NCBI GenBank assembly: GCA_902624575.1
Contig: CACNXV010000001.1
Location: 44,553 to 108,552 of the forward strand
From: an uncultured Fidelibacterota bacterium
GTDB lineage: Bacteria; Fidelibacterota; Marinisomatia; Marinisomatales; Marinisomataceae
Direction of reading: 5' to 3'
Length of the DNA stretch: 64,000 nt
Shown: positions 30,324-38,786 of the stretch, piece by piece
Numbering within the stretch: the first letter of the stretch is position 1
Layout: every line of letters starts with the position of its first letter
Made by a program: the position numbers and the translations under genes
The notes under the pieces: model-generated
What the model was told of the DNA's origin: nothing
Seen by the model: only the letters and a program-made list of their open reading frames with translations
Databases searched by the model: none

Positions 30324-30844
30324 AGCACCCATAAGTTAATACTTAAAAAAATAATTACAATCAATGCTGACAACAATGCTGCTGCAATATCATCTCCTAT
30401 AACTCTCATGTAAGGTGTCTCATTTTTGTTATTTTCAATCCAGCCTACAGGACCAACTTTAGAAATATCAAAAAATCTAAATACTATGAAAGTTATTATA
30501 AATAAGTTGTTTCTATTGAAAATCTCCATCGTAGAAAATTCATCTGTATTACTTATAAAAAAATAAATGAAAATATTTACTAGACCTAGAGACATTCCCA
30601 TACCAATTATTTCATCTAATACAAATTCTTTTGGATCTTCAGCATTTAATTCTTTTACTAGTTTTTTATATGCTCTTGGTGCTATCGTCAAAGAAAAAAA
30701 AGCTATAAATGATGCAGTTTCAGCAGACCTTTCAGCCAATGCAATTAATAGTATTATTAACGATGACCAAGTTCCACCTCCAGGCAATTTTCCTATGCCA
30801 AATAAAGTAGCTAATTGAATGTTTAAACCTTTACTAAAATCCAT
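30320..30844 (-). CDS. pgpA: Phosphatidylglycerophosphatase A
   Basis: PgpA motif LATLFGIGKLPGGGTWSSL in a polytopic membrane protein. The start was chosen at an internal Met. Confidence 0.8.
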   Translation of the reverse strand: MDFSKGLNIQLATLFGIGKLPGGGTWSSLIILLIALAERSAETASFIAFFSLTIAPRAYKKLVKELNAEDPKEFVLDEIIGMGMSLGLVNIFIYFFISNTDEFSTMEIFNRNNLFIITFIVFRFFDISKVGPVGWIENNKNETPYMRVIGDDIAAALLSALIVIIFLSINLWVL

Positions 30845-31337
30845 TTTTGACAAAATAATGTATACCTGTTGATGCAGCATAAATTGCATTTATTGAAATA
30901 ATAATATTCAAAATATTTTCTGTTGGATTAGATAGTAAAATTATTAAAACCATAACATGCTGGAATACAGTCTTAAATTTTCCATATTGTGAGGTAACTA
31001 AAGGTTTATTTTTTCTAATTAAATAATTTCTATAAACAGTTATAATGATATCCCGACCACAAATTACAATAAATGCCCAAAGTGGCATTATCTTTAAAAT
31101 AAATAGCGCAGATAATGTACCAATCATTAAAACTTTATCAGCCAAAGGATCCATGTAATTTCCATGTTCGGATACTAGTTTGAATTTTCGAGCTATTCTT
31201 CCGTCTGCAACATCACTTATACTGCAATATGCAAAAATTAAACCTGCGTAGATAAAATTATTATTAAGTATGAAGTATATGATTATTGGAGTAAGAAGTA
31301 TTCTTGAATATGTTAAAAAATTAAGGAAGCTTTTCAA
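30834..31337 (-). CDS. pgsA: CDP-diacylglycerol--glycerol-3-phosphate 3-phosphatidyltransferase
   Basis: CDP-alcohol phosphatidyltransferase motif DVADGRIARK....G...DPLADK. Confidence 0.87.
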   Translation of the reverse strand: MKSFLNFLTYSRILLTPIIIYFILNNNFIYAGLIFAYCSISDVADGRIARKFKLVSEHGNYMDPLADKVLMIGTLSALFILKIMPLWAFIVICGRDIIITVYRNYLIRKNKPLVTSQYGKFKTVFQHVMVLIILLSNPTENILNIIISINAIYAASTGIHYFVKNGF

Positions 31338-31930
31338 TTTATTTTTACCCTCCCTGAAATAGCAGTCGAAATAGTTTTATCATCAATATATTCTAAATTA
31401 CTACCAACTGGTAAACCAACTGCAAGTCGAGATATTTTAACTTTTTCATCTTTTAAAAATTTTTCTATGTATAAAGCTGTTGCATTACCAGCTGTACTAG
31501 GATTAGTTGCAATTATAACTTCTTTAACATCTGAATTTATTCTTTTCAATAGTTTATCAAATGAAAGGTCTGATGGTCCTATTCCATCCAAAGGTGAGAT
31601 TGCTCCACCAAGTACATGATAATGACCATCAAAACTATTAGTATTTTCAATTTTCACTGCATCCTCGATATTTTCAACAATACAAAGCATCTCGGTATTT
31701 CTTTCCTCCGAACAAGTGCATTCATTTTTCTTAAGATAAACCATACCGCAATTATTGCAATTTTCAAGCATTTCGCTAACATTTCCCAACGCAGTTATAA
31801 GATTTTTACCAATTGAACTATTAGATCTAATAATAAAATAGGCAATTCTTTCAGCGCCTTTTCTTCCAACACCAGGAAATTGTGTCAAAGATTCAATGAG
31901 TTCTTCAATATATTTTGTTGCACTTGACAT
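31334..31930 (-). CDS. recR: Recombination protein RecR
   Basis: Helix-hairpin-helix N-terminus (FPGVG.K.A.R.A), a Cys-rich zinc-finger region (CNNCG...C.C) and a Toprim region. Confidence 0.95.
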   Translation of the reverse strand: MSSATKYIEELIESLTQFPGVGRKGAERIAYFIIRSNSSIGKNLITALGNVSEMLENCNNCGMVYLKKNECTCSEERNTEMLCIVENIEDAVKIENTNSFDGHYHVLGGAISPLDGIGPSDLSFDKLLKRINSDVKEVIIATNPSTAGNATALYIEKFLKDEKVKISRLAVGLPVGSNLEYIDDKTISTAISGRVKIN

Positions 31931-32244
31931 TAAAAGCCTGGTAATCCATCTGTTAGACCACCTGTAACAGCTTTAAGTTTTTTAGCAGAAGTATCTTTGG
32001 CTTGTTTTAATGCATCATTTACAGCTGTCTTGATAGCATTTTCAATAATATATGCTTCACTGCTTAGCATTGTCTCATCAATAGAAACATGCTTTGTTTC
32101 CATATCAGCAGTCATAGTTACTTTGCAAGCACCATTCGCTGCGGTTCCTTCAACTTCAATACTTTCGAGCTCTTTTTTAATCTTTTTCATTTGAGATCTC
32201 ATATTTTGAGCTTGTTTCATCATCTCTTTCATATTTCCAAACAT
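31930..32244 (-). CDS. ybaB: Nucleoid-associated protein YbaB/EbfC
   Basis: 104 aa with a MMKQAQ.M...M N-terminus. Sits in the conserved dnaX-ybaB-recR position. Confidence 0.9.
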   Translation of the reverse strand: MFGNMKEMMKQAQNMRSQMKKIKKELESIEVEGTAANGACKVTMTADMETKHVSIDETMLSSEAYIIENAIKTAVNDALKQAKDTSAKKLKAVTGGLTDGLPGF

Positions 32245-33815
32245 TATAACGCATCCTTTCCATCAAATATTGATACAATATCATTTTCATTCATATTTTC
32301 TTTTTTTTCTTCTTCGATTTTTTCAACATTTGTATCTATTGTTAACTTCATTTTTAATTTTGAATTATATTTTTCATTTATATATCTGCATATATCATCA
32401 AGATTATCTTCCAAAAGTTTTTTATTAAAATTAGAACTATCATAGGAAATTAACTCTAAAATATTATCACTAAATGATCCAAGTATACATCCTGACAATT
32501 GAGCACCAACAGATCCTCTCTTTTTTGAAATCAATTTAACCGTTTCTTCCCATTCTTCTTTTAATAAATCAACCGATAAATCTGTTATAATTTTAGTTGG
32601 TTTATCAGATTTAATTTTTAATTTTTTTTTTGAAGTATCTTCGGTGTTTTTATTTATTTTAACTTCCTTAGCTTTGACTTCTGCTGTTATGTTTTTATTC
32701 AAAAAATCTTCAATCTCGATGCTTGAGTCGAATTGAAGTAATTTTATTAAATGCATTTCAAATATTAAAAATTGGTCTGGAAACTGTTTAATTGTAGAAT
32801 ATAGTTCTGCAAGATTATTTGATATTCTAATTATATCTTTCTCAGTCCATGAATAGGATATTTTTAAGTATTTATCTGATAATTCCTTATCTATACCAAG
32901 AAGCTCTAATCCATTTTTATAATTTAGTAATGATAAATTTCTCATATGCATAATTAACTCTTTGAGAAGATCTTCAATAATAAATCCTTTATCTCTAATT
33001 TTAGATAAAACTTCGATAAGAAGATTGCCATCTTTGTTATTTAAAGCATCTGTAATAGAAAATAAAATTTCAGTTGGTACTACTCCAAGCAAATCTTCAA
33101 CTGTATCAAAAGTAATTATTTTATCACTTAAAACTAGCACTTGATCTAAATAACCTAGAGCATCTCTCATACTACCATTTGCTTTATGTGCTATCAGATT
33201 TAGTGAGTTATCATCTATATCACGAGATTCTTCTGAACAAATAAACCTTAATCTTTCTTTAATTATTTCTTTTGTTAATGGTGCGAAGTCAAATTTTTGA
33301 CATCTTGAAATGATTGTCTGGGGAATCTTGTGTACATCAGTAGTAGCTAAAATAAATTTTACGTGCATAGGAGGTTCTTCTAAAGTTTTTAATAAAGCAT
33401 TAAATGCTTGAGTCGTAAGCATATGAACTTCATCTATAATAATAACCTTATAATTTCCTTCAGCTGGTAAAAATTGAATATTTTCTCTCAATTCCCTTAT
33501 TTCATCAATACCTCGGTTAGAAGCACCATCAATTTCAATTACATCCATAGAACTTCCAGATATTATATCTTTAACTTTTTCAGATTCAATATCATACTCA
33601 GTTGTTGGCTTATCTGAACCATTAAGCGACATTGCTAATAGACGAGCGGTAGTTGTTTTACCAACACCTCTTGGTCCAGAAAATAAGAATGCTTGAGCAA
33701 TTCTATTTTTTTCAAATGCTTTTTGAAGAGTTTCTGTAATGTGAGATTGACCTACGACATCTGTAAAATGCTTTGGCCTCCACTTTAATGCTAATACTTG
33801 ATAATTTTCAGACAT
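32244..33815 (-). CDS. dnaX: DNA polymerase III subunit tau (possibly also gamma)
   Basis: Walker A GPRGVGKTT, DEVHML, and the SRCQ sensor region. Contains an A10 run at codons 395-398. Confidence 0.95.
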   Translation of the reverse strand: MSENYQVLALKWRPKHFTDVVGQSHITETLQKAFEKNRIAQAFLFSGPRGVGKTTTARLLAMSLNGSDKPTTEYDIESEKVKDIISGSSMDVIEIDGASNRGIDEIRELRENIQFLPAEGNYKVIIIDEVHMLTTQAFNALLKTLEEPPMHVKFILATTDVHKIPQTIISRCQKFDFAPLTKEIIKERLRFICSEESRDIDDNSLNLIAHKANGSMRDALGYLDQVLVLSDKIITFDTVEDLLGVVPTEILFSITDALNNKDGNLLIEVLSKIRDKGFIIEDLLKELIMHMRNLSLLNYKNGLELLGIDKELSDKYLKISYSWTEKDIIRISNNLAELYSTIKQFPDQFLIFEMHLIKLLQFDSSIEIEDFLNKNITAEVKAKEVKINKNTEDTSKKKLKIKSDKPTKIITDLSVDLLKEEWEETVKLISKKRGSVGAQLSGCILGSFSDNILELISYDSSNFNKKLLEDNLDDICRYINEKYNSKLKMKLTIDTNVEKIEEEKKENMNENDIVSIFDGKDAL

Positions 33816-33880
33816 ATTTTTTGAGAATTTAATGAATCAAAACTTAAGAGCGTAGAATAATAAAAGAACTATACCTATTA

Positions 33881-35350
33881 TTATAACTCTTCAGTCGATT
33901 TACTTTCAATTACAACAATTAAGCTATCTACTTTTACTTGGCTTGCTTCAAGTCCCATTTTAGCTGACTGCTTGAAATATTTCAAAGCCATTTCGTCATC
34001 TTTCACCTCTAAATAAAAATCTCCAAGTGAATCATAAGGATTTGCTTTACCAGGCTGTCTTCTTACTTGCTCTTGAAAAAGATCTTTTGCATTGTCTAAT
34101 TCTGCCTTTTGAAGGTGAGCATAACCCATAATATTTAATGCGGGTGTAAAATCTGGATTCATGGCATATAATTCTTTTCCTCTTCTTAATACAGCATCAG
34201 GCCCAATATCATTTATGGTTGCAAATATTGTTTCAAATCTTAAATAAGAACTATCTGGATATTTTTTTACTAACCTTTCAATTACTCTATTAAAAGTATT
34301 TGTTCCATCTGATAAATCATTGGACAACGCCATGATCATTTTTTGCTCTTCATTAGAAGCGTTTAAAGACATGCTTACTGCTATATCTAGATCTTCTTTC
34401 ATACTATCTTGCTGTTCCTGAAAAAAATGCGTTCTTGCTCTCATTGCATATGCTAATGCAAAACTATTATCCTCTGAAATAGCAGATGAAAAAGATTCTT
34501 CAGCTAGTTTCCATTCTAAATTATAAAGTTGCCACATTCCTGTATTAAAAAAGATTTTTGCATTATCAGAATCGGTTGACCTTGGCATTAACTCTACAGA
34601 TTCATTAGAAAGTTTCTTTTGATATTTTGCTAAAGATAAATTTCTTGAGGCCCATTCAAAGTTTGGGTCAACTTCAGCAGCAAGTTCATAATTATCTATT
34701 GCTGTGTCGAAGTCTCCTTTATTTAAGTAGAACTCTCCTAATGAATCATATGCATTAGCCTCGTTAGGGTTAATTTGAATATACTTTTCAATCAAAGGTA
34801 AGGCAGCATTATACTCTTCTTCATTTTGTGCATTCCAAATATAAGAATAAGCTAGCAAATTATATAAATGCCCTGCATTTAATCTTTGTGATGCTTCTTG
34901 AAGGAGCAATCTTCCTTCATCAATTTTATCTTTTGATTGATAATACCTATAAGCACCCGATGCTAAAAACTTATCATTATTATACTTTTTATAAAGTTCA
35001 GGAAATACCTCAAATCTATCTACTTCTCCATTAATCCAATTAACTGCATTCTCAATAATCTTCGTTTCTGGATGACCTTTCTTTGACATAATTAAAGCTT
35101 TTTCAAAATATTCTCTTTTTAAAACTCTGTCTTGCTCTGCATTTCCAAGATTTAAATAACAAGAAACGCAATTAGAGTCCTTTAAAATACCTTCTTCAAA
35201 ATGAGATCTGGCTTCTGAAAATCTGACATGATGCATGGCCTCTAAACCTTTCATAAGCTCAGTTGAGGCTTTTCCTGCTTGCCTTGGCATCTCTGAATTT
35301 GATTGACAGCCAACTAATAATATTAATAATAATGTTAATACTTTTTTCAC
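33881..35350 (-). CDS. TPR-repeat lipoprotein
   Basis: Lipobox LLVGC near the N-terminus and multiple TPR-like repeats. Confidence 0.7.
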   Translation of the reverse strand: MKKVLTLLLILLVGCQSNSEMPRQAGKASTELMKGLEAMHHVRFSEARSHFEEGILKDSNCVSCYLNLGNAEQDRVLKREYFEKALIMSKKGHPETKIIENAVNWINGEVDRFEVFPELYKKYNNDKFLASGAYRYYQSKDKIDEGRLLLQEASQRLNAGHLYNLLAYSYIWNAQNEEEYNAALPLIEKYIQINPNEANAYDSLGEFYLNKGDFDTAIDNYELAAEVDPNFEWASRNLSLAKYQKKLSNESVELMPRSTDSDNAKIFFNTGMWQLYNLEWKLAEESFSSAISEDNSFALAYAMRARTHFFQEQQDSMKEDLDIAVSMSLNASNEEQKMIMALSNDLSDGTNTFNRVIERLVKKYPDSSYLRFETIFATINDIGPDAVLRRGKELYAMNPDFTPALNIMGYAHLQKAELDNAKDLFQEQVRRQPGKANPYDSLGDFYLEVKDDEMALKYFKQSAKMGLEASQVKVDSLIVVIESKSTEEL

Positions 35351-35364
35351 TTTCTTCTCCTCAA

Positions 35365-36129
35365 TTATCTTGTAAATACATAGTTTTTTTCATCTGACAT
35401 TTGCGAATCAAATTTATAATCCTCAAGATTAAAATCTTTAATTCCATCTGAAGAGTCTATTCCATTATTAATAACAAATTTTGCTAATAATCCACGAGCT
35501 TTTTTGGCATTGAATGAAATAAATTTTAGCTCTCCGTTTCTTTTTTCTTTGAAAACTGTATTCAAAACATTTCCTTTTAATCCATTTTTATCAATTACAT
35601 TAAAATACTCATTAGATGCACAGTTTAGGATCGTAGGGTTTTTATGCTTTTTTAATGTATCATTTAAACAATTTGTTATATCTGATGACCAGAAATCATA
35701 TAAATTTTTACCTTTTTCATTTTTTAAATTGATACCCATTTCTAAACGATAAGGCTGAATTAAATCTAATGGCTTCAGAATTCCATAAAGCCCTGATAAT
35801 ATTCTTAAATGATTTTGAGCAAAATCTAAGTCGTTTTCAGAAAATTCGTGAGCGTTAAGCCCAGAATAGACACCTCCATCGAAAGCTAATATTGCTTGTT
35901 TGGAATTTTCTTGATTAAATGGTTGTGACCACTCATCAAATCTATCTTTATTAAGCTGTGCTAAATTGTCGCTTATTTTCATTAGATCTTTTAAATCTTC
36001 ATGAGAAAGATTTTTTGCTTCATTTACAAGCTTTTGAGCGCTTTCTATAAAATCACATTGAGTAAAATAGCTTACAGCGTCTTGATGTTTAAAATTTAAT
36101 TTCTTTGATGGTGAAAGCAATGTAATCAT
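35365..36129 (-). CDS. yaaA: Peroxide stress protein YaaA (UPF0246)
   Basis: N-terminus MITLLSPSK and a full-length family-like sequence (YRLEMG). Confidence 0.88.
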   Translation of the reverse strand: MITLLSPSKKLNFKHQDAVSYFTQCDFIESAQKLVNEAKNLSHEDLKDLMKISDNLAQLNKDRFDEWSQPFNQENSKQAILAFDGGVYSGLNAHEFSENDLDFAQNHLRILSGLYGILKPLDLIQPYRLEMGINLKNEKGKNLYDFWSSDITNCLNDTLKKHKNPTILNCASNEYFNVIDKNGLKGNVLNTVFKEKRNGELKFISFNAKKARGLLAKFVINNGIDSSDGIKDFNLEDYKFDSQMSDEKNYVFTR

Positions 36130-36566
36130 TATATCTCCCTTAAATTGTTTGTAATTACTTCATTAACATTTATTGATTTTTGTTCTACAAAGTTAAACAT
36201 AACAAAAGTATGGATACTCTGAAATGATGGTTCATTTTCACCTTCAACAAAAATTGCTTGATGAACATCATAGCTCTTAGTTCCAACTCTTGTAATTCTA
36301 AAACCAATATCTAAATTTGCTGGATGATGAACTTGCTTGATATAAATAACATTCATTGAAGCAAGTAATCCCGCTGATTTACTTTTTAATCCTAAAAATG
36401 TTTTTTTTTGTCCGTAAATATGCTCTATAAAGTCTTTGTGCTTGGTTTCGAGTAAACTTAAATAAACTGTATGATTAAGATGTCCTAGCGTATCTACATC
36501 TCTCCATCTAGATTTAGCAGTGGTGAAAAAATCATAATCTTGCCTATTAAGTATTTTTTTATTCAT
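36129..36566 (-). CDS. Acyl-CoA thioesterase (4HBT/YbgC-like hotdog fold)
   Basis: RWRDVDTLGHLNHTVY motif typical of 4HBT thioesterases. Confidence 0.8.
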   Translation of the reverse strand: MNKKILNRQDYDFFTTAKSRWRDVDTLGHLNHTVYLSLLETKHKDFIEHIYGQKKTFLGLKSKSAGLLASMNVIYIKQVHHPANLDIGFRITRVGTKSYDVHQAIFVEGENEPSFQSIHTFVMFNFVEQKSINVNEVITNNLREI

Positions 36567-37401
36567 ATATATTTCTCATAAAATTATCGCAAACTTCCCA
36601 AACTTTTTTCCAATCTTCCTGAATGTAAGAGTTTTTTGATGATTTTATTTCCTTACATTTGAAAAAATATCTACCAGAAATACCTTTAACCTCATCTGAA
36701 GTAGATAAATATATACTTGAATCAGCTCCATTTTCAACTGATCTAGCAAATAATTTAGATCCAAATTTAACAAAATATTTTATAATGTTACCTTCATTTC
36801 CTGCAATATTTGTATCAACAAAACCTGGATGAAGGACATTTACACTCACTTTATCTTGCATTTTATTCAACTGATAGGTAAACATGATATTCATTAACTT
36901 TGAGACACTGTATGATGTCCATGGTGAAAATTTTTTTTCTGAATTAATGTTTTCATAATCAATTTTTGCACCTATATGAGCATTTGAAGCAACATTTACA
37001 ACTCTTCCGTCATCAGAATTTGAAAGCATGTCTAAAAGCTCGTTTGTTAAGACAAAATAATTCATTTGATTTGTAGCGAACGTTTTTTCCAACCCTTCAC
37101 TTGTGATGTGTTTAGCCTTATTGGCTCCCCCTGCATTATTTAATAAAACATCCAACTTATCATACTTGTTTTTTATTTGTCTGGAAAGTTTTTTGACATT
37201 AGCGATTAAACTCAAATCACATTCGAAAAAATCTATGTTATCATTAGACGTTTCTTTAATAATTGCTTCTTTTGCTTTTTCACCCTTTTTAGGATTTCTT
37301 CCAACTAAACCTACTCTAAAACCTTTTTTTGCTATTACCTTGGCCGCTTGAAGTCCTATTCCGTCTGTAGCACCTGTTATAATGATATTTTTATTTTGCA
37401 T
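36559..37401 (-). CDS. Short-chain dehydrogenase/reductase (SDR)
   Basis: TGATDGIG cofactor motif, NNAG, and catalytic YSVSK. The start was chosen at MQNKNIIITG; the longer track ORF runs into the divergent gene. Confidence 0.88.
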   Translation of the reverse strand: MQNKNIIITGATDGIGLQAAKVIAKKGFRVGLVGRNPKKGEKAKEAIIKETSNDNIDFFECDLSLIANVKKLSRQIKNKYDKLDVLLNNAGGANKAKHITSEGLEKTFATNQMNYFVLTNELLDMLSNSDDGRVVNVASNAHIGAKIDYENINSEKKFSPWTSYSVSKLMNIMFTYQLNKMQDKVSVNVLHPGFVDTNIAGNEGNIIKYFVKFGSKLFARSVENGADSSIYLSTSDEVKGISGRYFFKCKEIKSSKNSYIQEDWKKVWEVCDNFMRNIYE

Positions 37402-37447
37402 AAACCTGTTGTTTGAAAGAATAAAAATTACAGATAAATTTATATCC

Positions 37448-38194
37448 ATGATACAAAATTTCGAACAATTAATATCATTATGGTTAATAATAGGTATTAT
37501 CACTTTTTTTACTCTTTTAAAAATACCAGCTCCTTATGGTAAATTTGCTAAAAACAATTGGGGTCCAATGATTCCGAGTAAATTAGGATGGTTTATAATG
37601 GAAATTATCTCTCCTATAGCATTAATATATTTTTTTATGATAAATACTCAAAAATTTTCTGAACCTACAATCGTTTTTTTATCAATTTGGTCTCTTCATT
37701 ATATAAACAGAAGTGTTATATATCCATTAAGACAAAATAATCCTGCAAAAATGCCATTAATAATAGCTGTTTTAGCCTTTCTTTTTAATATTGTCAATGG
37801 ATACATAAATGGAACTTTTTTGGGATTATCTGAAAATTATAATTCAGATTATCTTCTACAATGGAATTTCATTTTTGGACTAATACTGTTTATAGTTGGA
37901 GCATTTATAAACATAAAATCTGATAATATTCTTTTAAAACTTAGAACTAAAACAGGCGAGTATAAAATTCCAAATGGCTTTATGTATAAGTATGTATCAT
38001 TTCCAAATTATCTTGGAGAAATTATTGAATGGACTGCTTTTGCAATAATGACGTGGTCCTTAGCTGGTTTTTCTTTTATGATATGGACAATGGCTAATTT
38101 GGTTCCAAGAGCAATAGCTGGACACAAATGGTACAATAGACAGTTTCAAGATTACCCCAAGAAAAGAAAAGCTATATTTCCTTTTATTATCTAG
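37448..38194 (+). CDS. Steroid 5-alpha-reductase family membrane protein (3-oxo-5-alpha-steroid 4-dehydrogenase-like)
   Basis: Polytopic protein. The C-terminal FPNYLGEIIEWTAFA...HKWY...F.DYPK.RKA.FPFI matches the family signature. Confidence 0.8.
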   Translation: MIQNFEQLISLWLIIGIITFFTLLKIPAPYGKFAKNNWGPMIPSKLGWFIMEIISPIALIYFFMINTQKFSEPTIVFLSIWSLHYINRSVIYPLRQNNPAKMPLIIAVLAFLFNIVNGYINGTFLGLSENYNSDYLLQWNFIFGLILFIVGAFINIKSDNILLKLRTKTGEYKIPNGFMYKYVSFPNYLGEIIEWTAFAIMTWSLAGFSFMIWTMANLVPRAIAGHKWYNRQFQDYPKKRKAIFPFII

Positions 38195-38633
38195 TATTTT
38201 TTTTATTTCTTTTTTTGAAAAAATATTCTTGAATAAGCGCCAAAGAATTACCAGATAATAAATTTCCTCTTACAACAGATGGAGTATTTATTGAAACATT
38301 TCCACAGATATCGAACTTAGAACCGCATGCTCCAAAGTCTTCGTCGTAGCATCCGAAATACAAGAACTCTATTCTGCTGTTAATTATTGCTCCAGCACAC
38401 ATTGAACATGGTTCTTTTGTGACATACATGGTACAATCTTTTAACCTCCAATCTCCTATGGTGTTGGATGCAGAAGTGATCGCTAACATCTCAGCATGTG
38501 CCGTTGAGTCGTTTAAAGAGTTGCATTGATTATAACCTTGACCAATAATTTTTCCTTGATAAATAACAATTGCACCAACTGGAACTTCATCTTCTCTCAT
38601 GGCTGTCTCAGCTAGTTTGATAGCTTTTTGCAT
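38187..38633 (-). CDS. tadA: tRNA-specific adenosine deaminase
   Basis: Deaminase zinc motifs HAEMLAI and PCSMCAGA. The start was chosen at MQKAIKLAE, because the longer ORF reads through the tRNA gene. Confidence 0.92.
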   Translation of the reverse strand: MQKAIKLAETAMREDEVPVGAIVIYQGKIIGQGYNQCNSLNDSTAHAEMLAITSASNTIGDWRLKDCTMYVTKEPCSMCAGAIINSRIEFLYFGCYDEDFGACGSKFDICGNVSINTPSVVRGNLLSGNSLALIQEYFFKKRNKKNTR

Positions 38634-38683
38634 CCAGTCTTCATGTGAAGGTTGATTTATATTTTTAACGAAAGACACTTTAG

Positions 38684-38757
38684 TACGCCCGGAAGGACTT
38701 GAACCCACAACCTTCTGGTCCGTAGCCAGACGCTCTATCCAATTGAGCTACGGGCGC
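38684..38757 (-). tRNA. tRNA-Arg (anticodon ACG), no encoded CCA
   Basis: Hand fold: acceptor gcgcccg/cgggcgt, D-arm gctc..gagc, anticodon arm tctgg-ctACGga-ccaga, T-loop ttcaagt. There is one U-U mismatch in the T stem. Confidence 0.85.
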
Positions 38758-38786
38758 ATGTGCAAACTTAAAGAAAACTTTACTTA

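Noticed and set aside
36559-38708. N-terminal extensions of track ORFs (SDR to 37503, reductase from 37382, tadA to 38708). The same applies elsewhere to the MBL gene to 21162, pgpA to 30889, cinA to 30332 and acpS to 59832.
   Set aside because: The extensions overlap neighbouring genes or a tRNA. They also precede internal Met codons that line up with the conserved family N-termini or with signal peptides, so I preferred the shorter starts.
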